Assembly (NCBI GenBank): GCA_963718615.1
Contig: OY970368.1
Span: forward strand, 5,216,001 to 5,280,000
Direction of reading: 5' to 3'
From: an uncultured cyanobacterium
GTDB taxonomy: Bacteria > Cyanobacteriota > Cyanobacteriia > PCC-9006 > JAAUQQ01
DNA: 64,000 nucleotides
Shown: positions 10,253-19,845 of the stretch, one piece after another
Layout of the letters: every line of letters starts with the position of its first letter
How positions within the stretch are numbered: position 1 is the first letter of the stretch
Position numbers and translations under genes: made by a program
The notes under the pieces: generated by a model
The model's input: the letters and a program-made list of their open reading frames with translations, nothing else
Told to the model about the DNA's origin: nothing
Database searches by the model: none

Positions 10253-11734
10253 TTAGAGTTGAGCGATCGCCTCTTTTAACTCTCGATGGATCTCAGCCAT
10301 AAAACTTGCTGCTTCTAAGGAATCAAACGATTGCCCCGTCACAAAATTCAAACAAGACAACACACAACTTTGCCAATCAGCCTCATTCTCCGTCTTCCAA
10401 GCCCGAAAAACCTCCTCCTTCTGTAAACCCTCAATTGTATGAAACGCACTATTACGCTGATCTTTTGCCTCCTCCCATACAATTTGGATCTTGCCATGAG
10501 TCTTCCAATTGGTTTTCTCTTGTCTTAGTAACTCGTATAAAGGGTCACCAAATAATCCGATATTTCCATACCTCTCAAGTTTCTTCTGATTGGGCTCTGA
10601 CAATTCAGTTTTATAGTTATCGAAGACCGTCAAAATTGAATCCTTTAACTGCAATCCAAATCTAGGATGTTCTTGGATGTGGTTACTATATTCACTTTTT
10701 GCCCAAGCCAGAATTGTTCCCTCTAACCCCCGAAAGCTATGGAATAAAGCTTCTACTGTGTTTTCCTGCTGTAACCGGACCCAAGCTAGATAAGCTGACT
10801 CATATCCCAACCGCCACCAAGGAAATGAATTCTTTGCAATCACATTGCCCTTCACGAGCTTATTCTTAAACTTATGAAACTCTGCATGATTCCACTCGAT
10901 CGCCGCATCTAGCAGCACCTTGATCCGCTTTTCCTTGGATTCCCTCGTATCTAAATACCGCCCCAATAACCGCTCTATCCCCGAATAGTCATAGCGTTCG
11001 AGCAGAGCCTTCACCTCCTGCAACCGCAATGCACTCAAATAAGTAGAACCCTCAATCACCCTAGTACGATCGGGCCGATACTCATTACTCACTAAAAACT
11101 CAACGCGATCTTCAAATTTCGCCAAACAAGAAAACTGAACCGCTGACGAAATAGCTGGAGTCCCCGCCTGATGACTCACAAATACCTTCTGTGGCTCCAC
11201 CTCAAACTTCAGCATCCCAATCTCCCGACGAACCACCTTCAACACCGCATCCCAATCATCTAGCCCCTCATCCAAAGAATCCGGAAACAAAACCAACTGC
11301 GAGATCTTCGCCGCTGGTAATAATGACTGCAAATACTGAGACACGATCGGATATAACAAGCAAGTATCCTGCCAATAAGGACAGCGATAGCTTTCTCGGC
11401 TCTCCTCCTCAAAAATATTACTTTGGTCACTCGTCAACACGACAATTTGATTAATCGATTCCGTCGGCAGCTTTTCACAGAATTCCTTCAAGAGTGGAAA
11501 TTCTAACTGTGGCTTTACCTCTTCTTCTAGTTCTTGATACGCAAGCCCCAGAACCCTAGATGCTATCCGATAAGGAACTCCATCATCATCGTCTGTACGA
11601 CTTGGCTCAAATCGTTTACGTTCGATATTGTAAATCGATCGCTTTATCTGTCGATGCCAATCCGGCCAGACATCCGCATCTCGAATTTGAACATCACTAC
11701 TTCCCAGCGTTACGAGCCATAGAGCCATGAGCAT
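10253..11734 (-). CDS. csm6: Csm6-like CARF-helical-HEPN ancillary ribonuclease
   Basis: CARF-like motifs LVTLGSSD, LTSDQ, VSHQAGTPAIS; helical LLERYDYSG; HEPN R-x4-H motif RNSAFH; directly after cmr6. Confidence 0.7.
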   Translation of the reverse strand: MLMALWLVTLGSSDVQIRDADVWPDWHRQIKRSIYNIERKRFEPSRTDDDDGVPYRIASRVLGLAYQELEEEVKPQLEFPLLKEFCEKLPTESINQIVVLTSDQSNIFEEESRESYRCPYWQDTCLLYPIVSQYLQSLLPAAKISQLVLFPDSLDEGLDDWDAVLKVVRREIGMLKFEVEPQKVFVSHQAGTPAISSAVQFSCLAKFEDRVEFLVSNEYRPDRTRVIEGSTYLSALRLQEVKALLERYDYSGIERLLGRYLDTRESKEKRIKVLLDAAIEWNHAEFHKFKNKLVKGNVIAKNSFPWWRLGYESAYLAWVRLQQENTVEALFHSFRGLEGTILAWAKSEYSNHIQEHPRFGLQLKDSILTVFDNYKTELSEPNQKKLERYGNIGLFGDPLYELLRQEKTNWKTHGKIQIVWEEAKDQRNSAFHTIEGLQKEEVFRAWKTENEADWQSCVLSCLNFVTGQSFDSLEAASFMAEIHRELKEAIAQL

Positions 11735-11737
11735 CCT

Positions 11738-13405
11738 CTACCAAAGTTGTTTAAAGTCTGTTTCTTGATCTAAAAACTTGAGGAAATTCTGTACAGTTTG
11801 CTGCTGTTCAGTCCCCTGGACATGGGGAAACATCGTCAACAGCTCCACATATTGCCCAGTCTCCCGCCAAATATTCTTACCCTCAGCAGTCTTTCTAATC
11901 TGAAATCGCGGATACATGCGATGCCAAAGTCGGCCTATTTTCCCCATCTCTCCAGTTAAGTCTGATTTTTTAATCGTCTTCTCTCGGGCATAATTTCTAT
12001 GCAACCAGTCGATTGCCACACTGTCCAATTCATCCTCCGCAATCCTCCCCCAAACTTGGACATTCCCCTTTCGCCAAGCTTCTCGGATTCCAGCCTGTGG
12101 TTGACCTGGATTCTGTAACCACGAAAACTCAGCCCCTTTCTGTACAAAAACATCTAAGAACTTAGTAATACCCGTCATCTCATCGTTCCCCGGTGAAATA
12201 TAAAACGGGTGCGATCGCTTTAGAAACTCCCAGTGACATCCAATCATCTGGTCCTTGTAGTTAGGACAAAACAATCGATGGTCCGCCCGTCGCCAAGATT
12301 TACCAAACCCCCCCAGCAACATTGCAAATTTCATTAGCCGCATAACAAAAGCCTTTAAATCATCCTGCTGAGCCTGGGTCAGGTTCAATCGCATGAGCAA
12401 AATATCCAGCCTCGCATCTCCTGTTTCATAGATTGGGGCAATATTTTTCGGATTGGTTTCGCTCTTCCACCAATCCACCTCTAAAGCAGGTGCATTAAAG
12501 GCGATACCTAATAGCCCCACTGTCGCCTCTTCCCCCTTACCAATTCCACCCCAAAGGAGTTTCGTCATCCGCTCAGCCGTTGCTTCATCCGTAATTCCGC
12601 TAAATAATCGTCGCGTATGTCCACGCAAAGTCGCTTTGAACAAATTAGGTCGAAACTCACCATCGGCGTAGCGATCGATCTGCCGAGAAGCCATGCCCTG
12701 ACCCGATAGACCAAAACCAACAAGTTTATTTTCCGTATGGGTTGCGATCTGTCCATAGCCAGCACTTACCCGAGAACCAATACCTTGCTCTAGCGCTACT
12801 TGCCAGATATCCCAGACTGTTTTCCATTGTTCTTGAGAGAGCTCTTTTGTACTAGAAATACCAAAGACGAACATAGGCTTGTAGAGAGAAATCTGGATAA
12901 AAGCACCATTGCTTTTCTCTCCATCAAGCTGCCAATTTTCCTGGGGATGAACAATATCCACCAGAGAATTCTTTAACCATTCAGTATTTTTGGGATAGCC
13001 TCCATGAAAGCGCAAACAACCGGGATGTAAATCTCCATCGTTCCCCTCACCACCGCAAAATTCTAAGACTTCGCTGGGTGAACAAAGACGTTTACAGGCC
13101 CGCAAAAAAGCTCCCTTCATGCTAGATCCTGGGAAAAAGGCCCAACCACGCTCCCCAATCACTGGACGGATGACACCTACATCCTGCCCACTATTCGTTA
13201 CCATGCGCCAGGGAAAGCGATAGGTTCGTGTTTGAATATGGGGATCAAACTGCGGTACTTGACTAATATCACAGGCTTCTTGCCATTGTTTTGCCCAGTC
13301 ATAGGCTTGTTGCCGATTAGCCTTTGGAATCAATCGTTGAATCTGCGATCGCCCCTCAACCTGGGCCTGAAACATTAAAGGTACTCGCTCATACTCTGAT
13401 GGCAT
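11738..13405 (-). CDS. cmr6: Cmr6-Cmr1 fusion RAMP protein (type III-B variant)
   Basis: Two RAMP units: FPGSSMKGAF...DIVHPQ...GIGSRVSAGYG (Cmr6-like), then FRPNLFKATLR...LLGGFGKSWRR (Cmr1-like). Confidence 0.85.
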   Translation of the reverse strand: MPSEYERVPLMFQAQVEGRSQIQRLIPKANRQQAYDWAKQWQEACDISQVPQFDPHIQTRTYRFPWRMVTNSGQDVGVIRPVIGERGWAFFPGSSMKGAFLRACKRLCSPSEVLEFCGGEGNDGDLHPGCLRFHGGYPKNTEWLKNSLVDIVHPQENWQLDGEKSNGAFIQISLYKPMFVFGISSTKELSQEQWKTVWDIWQVALEQGIGSRVSAGYGQIATHTENKLVGFGLSGQGMASRQIDRYADGEFRPNLFKATLRGHTRRLFSGITDEATAERMTKLLWGGIGKGEEATVGLLGIAFNAPALEVDWWKSETNPKNIAPIYETGDARLDILLMRLNLTQAQQDDLKAFVMRLMKFAMLLGGFGKSWRRADHRLFCPNYKDQMIGCHWEFLKRSHPFYISPGNDEMTGITKFLDVFVQKGAEFSWLQNPGQPQAGIREAWRKGNVQVWGRIAEDELDSVAIDWLHRNYAREKTIKKSDLTGEMGKIGRLWHRMYPRFQIRKTAEGKNIWRETGQYVELLTMFPHVQGTEQQQTVQNFLKFLDQETDFKQLW

Positions 13406-13827
13406 TACTTTTTCTCCTTACTCTTTGGTTTTTTGTAACGCTGCGTCCACCAAACTAAGCTGTCACATAATTCAATTAAAATCGCTAAAGCAACCTTACG
13501 CTGCTCAATATCAAAACCCCAGAGCTTTTCAGACATTGCTTTGATTGAACTCGTATCTTTGAGATTTATCTTTTCATTCGGCAGTTTTATGCCTGCCTGC
13601 TTCATGATCTTGCACAGTTCATCCCAGGTCGCCTTCCAAAACTCCGACTTCGCCTGCTCTTCATCTTTCTTGCTCTGGGCCAGTCGCAAATGCTCACCCC
13701 AAAAGCGCTCTAAGCCATAGGGCGTCGTCATTCGCATTTTATGACTTTCACCCAAAACCTCGCGATCGCGAAACTTCAGCACCAAATCATGGGCTACACG
13801 ATCAATCTCATACATTTGCCAACTCAT
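13405..13827 (-). CDS. cmr5: Type III-B small subunit Cmr5 (Cas11)
   Basis: About 140-aa helical protein between cmr4 and cmr6, ATGA overlap with cmr4 stop; call rests mainly on position. Confidence 0.7.
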   Translation of the reverse strand: MSWQMYEIDRVAHDLVLKFRDREVLGESHKMRMTTPYGLERFWGEHLRLAQSKKDEEQAKSEFWKATWDELCKIMKQAGIKLPNEKINLKDTSSIKAMSEKLWGFDIEQRKVALAILIELCDSLVWWTQRYKKPKSKEKK

Positions 13828-14651
13828 GCTGCTACTCCTGCGCCCTTTAGCGTGATCATGCAATTTCCAAAGCCGATTGACTCCAAACCTCCCAGATAAA
13901 TCTCACCACTCTGATTCTTAGCTCCAAAAGGCTGCCAGGATTTCGAAGTATCTCTGGTTTCACGAATCGCGATCGGGAACACCATGATCGTTCCTTCCGG
14001 CAGTGCTTCCGTATTAAAAAAGCCCCCACCATCTACCCGTTTCTCCTCGTCTAGCAATCGCACCCGACTTTGACGATAGAGCGCCATGTCATGAATCATC
14101 CCAATTTCATCATCCCCAACCACCACTGCTGGTAGTTCTTCTCCATCAGGGAACCATGCCTTCAAATTCTCAGTTTTCTTCAGCTCTAAAAAGCCAAAGT
14201 TGAAAAACAGTTTTTTCTTATTCTCAACATTCATAGTCTTGAGTGTTGACGAGCCTGTATATGCCTTAGGGACAGTTGCCGCTTTCATCTCACCACCGAC
14301 AATACGCTGGTATCGTTTCAACAGCTTTGGTGAACTCACCCAAACCACCGGCTGCCCAGGGCAAAACACCGGCAACCATACCACAGAAGCATACTCAAAC
14401 TTGACGACTGATTCCGTTGTAGAATTCGACTCTCCGGTTTCTGCAGGTGCACCGTACCAGTGGTTGACATCACCTTCATCCTGTCGCATTTCCGATCGAA
14501 ATCGACCCCGAATCGAGCTACCTGGAATAATCCCCGTTTGGGTAAACTGATCGCGAAAAATTAAATTTAGGTTACCGCTTTCTTCCCCCGCTGTTGCACC
14601 CACATGCAGTGGTGCAAGGGCTTCAATAATGCCATAAGCGCGTTTGTACAT
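13824..14651 (-). CDS. cmr4: Cmr4 (Cas7 backbone RAMP)
   Basis: PLHVGA...IIPGSSIRGRFR, FFNTEALPEGT, YLGGLESIGFG. Confidence 0.92.
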   Translation of the reverse strand: MYKRAYGIIEALAPLHVGATAGEESGNLNLIFRDQFTQTGIIPGSSIRGRFRSEMRQDEGDVNHWYGAPAETGESNSTTESVVKFEYASVVWLPVFCPGQPVVWVSSPKLLKRYQRIVGGEMKAATVPKAYTGSSTLKTMNVENKKKLFFNFGFLELKKTENLKAWFPDGEELPAVVVGDDEIGMIHDMALYRQSRVRLLDEEKRVDGGGFFNTEALPEGTIMVFPIAIRETRDTSKSWQPFGAKNQSGEIYLGGLESIGFGNCMITLKGAGVAA

Positions 14652-14663
14652 GTTCCTTTCTCC

Positions 14664-15692
14664 TTATGTAAGACCTTGAATTGCCACCGGAAGGCACAAA
14701 CCACAGCCCAAATGCTTGAGCGGAAACCCCTCCCGAGGAAACCACTCCTCCGGAAATTCCCACCATGTTTTGTCTAAGGGTTCCTTCAGCGCATACACCG
14801 TCCCCGCTGGAACACCATAGCGCCCTCGCCCCAATCTTCCTCGCTCTGTCGCTCGATGCCCAATCCGATAACGAAACGGCACGGGCTTATCCGTTAACGT
14901 TTGCATACCACCACGCGGAAATGCTTCATGCTTCGGATAGCGATAGGACAAGTTCTTAGAACCCCATACTCCCGGCGTAATCAGGGCAAATGCCTTCTGG
15001 ATTTTGGTATTCAGCAACTTGTTAATTTTGCTTTCCGGCGCGATCGCTTGACTGCTAATCTCCACCATATGCCCCTCCCCTCCAAAGCGATACCACCCAT
15101 CAGGGATTGCATGGGTAGATAGATACACCAGGCAACTATCCTCATCCATCTGCACTGCACTTTCTAGAAATAAACCATCTTGTTCCAAAACATGACGCTG
15201 TTCCTGTTGCATTTGAGGATGTAGAAACGTCAGAGGTAGCCAAGGAACTTTCTCCGCTGATTCCTTACGAATTTGCCGGGTTGATTGACTCCAAGAATCA
15301 ATTCGCTGCCAGCGATACTCTGCCTCTAGCTCTTGCTTTTTAGGATCTGAATCGCGCTGCCACTTGCGCCGCTCATCCAGTCGCCACTCATCCTCATCCC
15401 CCTGGGCGATAATACGATGTCTGGGAATTGGCACATAAAACGATTCTGCATCTTCCAAAGACTTCGCCCAAAATGGCCCAGCGACATGGAGCTGATACTT
15501 CAGCGTTTCATGGTCAGCAATCTCCATCTGCTTATTCGCTCCAAAAAATAGGCCCGCTAACGTTGCCGCATCTGGAGGAAACTTCGCACCCGACCGCCCG
15601 ACTAAGTTATCCGGTGATAGAAAAGCACCTGCACTGCCATATAGCAGTCCCAAGGGCATCACCGTAATCAAATATTTGAACATAGTTGCCAT
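14664..15692 (-). CDS. cmr3: Cmr3 (Cas5 family)
   Basis: FPPDAATLAG, GPF, RFGGEGH, LITPG, VPAGTVY, terminal G-rich loop. Confidence 0.92.
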   Translation of the reverse strand: MATMFKYLITVMPLGLLYGSAGAFLSPDNLVGRSGAKFPPDAATLAGLFFGANKQMEIADHETLKYQLHVAGPFWAKSLEDAESFYVPIPRHRIIAQGDEDEWRLDERRKWQRDSDPKKQELEAEYRWQRIDSWSQSTRQIRKESAEKVPWLPLTFLHPQMQQEQRHVLEQDGLFLESAVQMDEDSCLVYLSTHAIPDGWYRFGGEGHMVEISSQAIAPESKINKLLNTKIQKAFALITPGVWGSKNLSYRYPKHEAFPRGGMQTLTDKPVPFRYRIGHRATERGRLGRGRYGVPAGTVYALKEPLDKTWWEFPEEWFPREGFPLKHLGCGLCLPVAIQGLT

Positions 15693-17218
15693 CCCACTTG
15701 GACTAAATCATCCACCCACTGCACAATCGCGGCATCCTCACTGTCTCCCACTACCGCCGACAATCTAGGAATTTCCTGTTTCCATCCTTCAAAATACAAA
15801 TCCAGCATCGATTCTGCCAAGGCACGATCGACCGAGCATTTGCCGACATCTTGAAAGCGAATGGCGTGACGGAACTTCAAATAAGCCCAGTCCTTATACA
15901 AATGGGTCCAATTACGACTGTCATCTCGTCCACTATAGCGATCGAGAACTTTCAAGCAATCCCAGGGACAGGTCCATTGCACATACTGGCCACTATTAAA
16001 TACCACTCGAATCGTGATGCGATCGCGCCCCTTTAGTTTCGAAAGCTTTTCTGCTTCTCGACAATGCTGAAGAATATCCCGCTGTGGTACTCGATTGGCT
16101 GCCCAGACAAAACCCATACTGACATTGATTTTCTGTTTATGGGTTTTCCATTGTTGTTTAAATTGCTTAAGCCATGTAAATACTTCTTTAACCAAATCTT
16201 GTGTCGTTAAATCGTTGTTATAAATAACTCCAAGAAAATCATCACCCCCCGCATAAATTACCCGTCCAAAACTCTTAGGGAACGATGATTTAAAGTCTTG
16301 CCCCCAGGCTCGCATCGCATGACTAAACGCCTCCTGTGCCGTATTATCATTTCCGATCGCCTTCAGCATCGCTCCCACTTGATCCCCATCTCCCATAAAC
16401 CAACCGGTCCAGTTTCCTGTTTCCCGATTAATTTCCGTAAACCCTTCATCTAACTCCTTCAATCCAATTTTTTTCGCGAGTGGCGCATATGTAATTAAAC
16501 GCTTAGCTAATTCTGGAATACTTAATCGTTCATTGGCAGCAATAAACTTGCCTTCGATGGCTCGCTCGTCTACCGGCGTGTCTTCGGCACGATGTTGACT
16601 TGGATTATCGAGAACCCAAGCTAATTGGCGGTAGAAAGTCTTGAGTTCCTGGGCTTCCTGCGAATTCAGCGATCGACCTGGCTCCGAGTTAAAAGCCCCC
16701 AAACCATGCCAAGCGATCGCATCCGTTCCTGTCAGACTCGAACTTTCCCCAATCCAGTTCACCCCCACCCAGTCCCGTCTTAACTTGCGTTGCTCTAAAT
16801 CCACCATGGCAGCATTTGGAGAACAACCCTGTCCCCAAAACACCTCCCAACTATAGCGGTGGCACTTTTCCCATTCCTGCTGCCAACAAAAAGCGTCTAC
16901 GGGAAAATCAAGCTGTTGTTCCAGCCATTTTTGACAGTTGATAAGAATATCACGCCAAGCTGCCGTCAAAGTATTGCTAACAACATTACGGTTGAGATCG
17001 CCCATAACCAAAATCCGGTTTGGCATTCCCTCTTGCACATGAATTAATGCCGGAGAAATGACTCGACAACCATCAATCTCATCAATTGCTTGCGCAATCT
17101 TCTGACTCAAATACGACAGAATCAACGAAGCCCCGTATAGATCCCGCAACTTCCGCGATTTCTCAATAAAGCCCTGCACCGGAGCAAAGCTAATGGCAGT
17201 ATAGACAACAGACGACAT
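15668..17218 (-). CDS. cmr2: Cas10/Cmr2 large subunit, HD-less, GGDD intact
   Basis: Begins at ISFAPVQGFIEKSRKLRDLYGASLILSYL; MPNR; MGDGDQVG; VIYAGGDDFLG. Confidence 0.95.
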   Translation of the reverse strand: MSSVVYTAISFAPVQGFIEKSRKLRDLYGASLILSYLSQKIAQAIDEIDGCRVISPALIHVQEGMPNRILVMGDLNRNVVSNTLTAAWRDILINCQKWLEQQLDFPVDAFCWQQEWEKCHRYSWEVFWGQGCSPNAAMVDLEQRKLRRDWVGVNWIGESSSLTGTDAIAWHGLGAFNSEPGRSLNSQEAQELKTFYRQLAWVLDNPSQHRAEDTPVDERAIEGKFIAANERLSIPELAKRLITYAPLAKKIGLKELDEGFTEINRETGNWTGWFMGDGDQVGAMLKAIGNDNTAQEAFSHAMRAWGQDFKSSFPKSFGRVIYAGGDDFLGVIYNNDLTTQDLVKEVFTWLKQFKQQWKTHKQKINVSMGFVWAANRVPQRDILQHCREAEKLSKLKGRDRITIRVVFNSGQYVQWTCPWDCLKVLDRYSGRDDSRNWTHLYKDWAYLKFRHAIRFQDVGKCSVDRALAESMLDLYFEGWKQEIPRLSAVVGDSEDAAIVQWVDDLVQVGWQLCSNI

Positions 17219-17414
17219 TAGTAATCGTACCCAGTCACTACGAGTAATCTCTGAACACAGAGTAACAGTAGTCACCAGCATCAGGCTAGAGAAAAGACAA
17301 TATTCTTAAAATAAGTCTAACTTACTCAAAAACTTACTTTACAGGACATTCAACTCCTATACTCTAAAACATTATTATTGCCTTTTCCAAATCTGGAAAA
17401 CCTATCTGGAAACC

Positions 17415-18614
17415 ATGCCACGACCGCCGGAGCTCCATCCCCATAGCGATCGCCCCGCCTTCACCCGCCTAATGTTGCTCATTGCTACATTAGTCCAGTA
17501 TCCCGGCATCGGCTGCCCAGACCCAGACCCCCTTTCAAACTCAAAACAGCATCACAATGCCCTGGCACTAGTGCGCGATCGCCTCCTACAACTCGCCGCA
17601 GAACTCAAACTCGATCTCCCCGCCTACTCCGTCCCCATCCTGCGCAAAGACCTCGAAACCCTACGAGACTATGGCATCCTAGAACAGCGGATGTACCGCT
17701 GGGGCTACTATTTAGGAACCGGAGCATTAAACCGCGAGGAACTGGCTGCGGCCCTCACCGCCTTGGCCACCCAGGCGAAAATCCAGGGCGATCCACAACT
17801 GCGTTCTATGTACCAACAACTTGAGCGTCGACTGCGAGGCTTGTACCCCACATCAGACCCAGCATCAGCCCAAACGTTGGTCTATCCCATTCGCTCCCAA
17901 TTGGATCAGCTCATTATCCATACCGACCCAGAAGAACTGCGGCGCTTGGGCCATTACCAAGAAACCCTCTTTGATCACTTAGAACAGGTGGAGCAGGCGA
18001 TCGCCCAAGGCCAAGCCCTAGCGTTGTATCAGCGAAGTACACCCTACAGCAGCGGCTCCCTTGGTCCCTATCAGGTTTTTCCGCTTCAGTTGCTCTACCA
18101 TGAAATCGCTTGGTATCTGCTCTATGAGGAATGTGAAACAGAGCATTTAGCGATCCGGCGACTCGATCGGTTATCAGCTCAGATTCAGCTCCTTCAGGGC
18201 GTGACGCGATCGCAGATGGAGCAACTCGCCAGCTTAAAGTTGGCCAAGCGACTGTTGCACGATGGCTGGGGATTGTTTTTAGGGAAACCAGAACCACAGC
18301 GCCTAGAGCGCTTAGGGCAGGCGGAGTTCCGGTTGGTCAAGGTTCGTTTTTTTGAGCAAGTGGTGCAGTTTATTGTGGAGGGGGAACGGCGGCATCCCAA
18401 ACAGCGGATTCGGCTAGGACCAAAGGATGAGGCAGGGCGATTGTTGTTTGTGGATTATGAGGTGATGTTGCCGGAGCGATCGCTCCCAGAATTCTTTCGT
18501 TGGGTCAATCGTTTTTTTGAACAGGCCCAAGTTTTAGCCCCAGCAGATTGGGTAGAACAATATCGTAAAAACCTAGAAGTTATGGGACAACATTACGGGC
18601 CTATGTCAGGATAA
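17415..18614 (+). CDS. WYL-domain transcriptional regulator divergent from the cas operon
   Basis: N-terminal HTH (ILRKDLETLRDYG); WYL core VFPLQLLYHEIAWYLLY...RRLDRL; WCX-like tail QVLAP. Confidence 0.9.
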   Translation: MPRPPELHPHSDRPAFTRLMLLIATLVQYPGIGCPDPDPLSNSKQHHNALALVRDRLLQLAAELKLDLPAYSVPILRKDLETLRDYGILEQRMYRWGYYLGTGALNREELAAALTALATQAKIQGDPQLRSMYQQLERRLRGLYPTSDPASAQTLVYPIRSQLDQLIIHTDPEELRRLGHYQETLFDHLEQVEQAIAQGQALALYQRSTPYSSGSLGPYQVFPLQLLYHEIAWYLLYEECETEHLAIRRLDRLSAQIQLLQGVTRSQMEQLASLKLAKRLLHDGWGLFLGKPEPQRLERLGQAEFRLVKVRFFEQVVQFIVEGERRHPKQRIRLGPKDEAGRLLFVDYEVMLPERSLPEFFRWVNRFFEQAQVLAPADWVEQYRKNLEVMGQHYGPMSG

Positions 18615-18809
18615 AACTGCATCCATACCCACACACTACCTTGCGGGTTTAAGTCTAAATTCAGGCTGGCTCGTCATTTTTGATCAGCGTTCCAATTTGC
18701 CACCTGTGAGTGAGCGCACAATCTATGATCTGGTAACCCTAGACAGTGGCAGAACCATTACGGTTATTCGGGGCTGATCAAAAATGCCTTAAGTTCTATG
18801 TCTTAAGTT

Positions 18810-19703
18810 CTATGCCTTCAACGTCTCGGCAAAAAACGCAACGGTTTTCTCCCAAGCGTCCATCGCAGCTTCAGCGTTATAGCGCGTACCGGAAGGATTC
18901 GCAAAGGCATGGTCCGCGTCTTCATAAATGTAGATTTCTGCGGGTTTATTGAGATCCTGCAAGGCCGCTTCAAAGGCTTTCACATCGGCGACCGGAATTC
19001 CCTGATCTTGGCCTGCAAAGAATCCGGCGATCGGCATCTCTAGAGTCTCCAGTTTTGCCTGATCCGTCACCACCTGACCGTAATACATGACCAGTGCATC
19101 CAGATCTTGCGGCAGCAACAATCCCGTCCGCAAGGACCAGCCCCCGCCAAAACACCAGCCAATCGAACCGACTTTCGTCGCCTGTTGTGCCGTCGTCAGA
19201 TACCCATAGGCCTGCTTGAGATTCTCCTGGGCTGGCTCCGGCGTTTGCATCACCGACTGCATCAGCGTCCGGGCTTGATCCGGTTGTTCTGCAACTTGGC
19301 CGTTGTACAAATCCACCGCGAGGACCGTATAGCCCTCTCCCGCTAGTCGCTGGGCGATCGCCCGAATATTATCATTGAGTCCCCACCATTCATGAATCGC
19401 AATGATCGCCGGGAGGGGCTCTGTCGCAACCTCGGGCTTGGCCAGAAAGCCCTTGACGACTTGGTCACCAATAGTTGCGTACTCGACTTCTTCTGTGGTG
19501 ACGGGTTGAGCTGGGTCCATCCTGGAAACCTCCGTTGCTATGGGTTTGTCCCCTTGGTGCTCTTGGGCCATGCGATCGGTCAGCGTGGCTTCTGGCCTGG
19601 GGCTTTGGGCCTGGGTGGATGCGGGGCCGCAGGCTTGGAGAAATAGCGTGGTGCTGAGGGCGATCGCAAATAAACCCACCAGCCAAGACCGTAAACGAAA
19701 CAT
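18810..19703 (-). CDS. Dienelactone hydrolase family lipoprotein
   Basis: IHEWWGLN, GWCFGG nucleophile, HAFANP; signal peptide with lipobox LQAC. Confidence 0.92.
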   Translation of the reverse strand: MFRLRSWLVGLFAIALSTTLFLQACGPASTQAQSPRPEATLTDRMAQEHQGDKPIATEVSRMDPAQPVTTEEVEYATIGDQVVKGFLAKPEVATEPLPAIIAIHEWWGLNDNIRAIAQRLAGEGYTVLAVDLYNGQVAEQPDQARTLMQSVMQTPEPAQENLKQAYGYLTTAQQATKVGSIGWCFGGGWSLRTGLLLPQDLDALVMYYGQVVTDQAKLETLEMPIAGFFAGQDQGIPVADVKAFEAALQDLNKPAEIYIYEDADHAFANPSGTRYNAEAAMDAWEKTVAFFAETLKA

Positions 19704-19845
19704 GGTTAGTCCTCCCTAGACTAAAATATGAACCTTGGGATGTTTCCGCTAGGTTCGAGCGCTTTGTTTTTTGCTGCGCCCTTTGTACCCTAGCAAGGCT
19801 GCCTGAGGAAATAATCTATCTCTCAGGAGTGATTTGAAATTTCCT

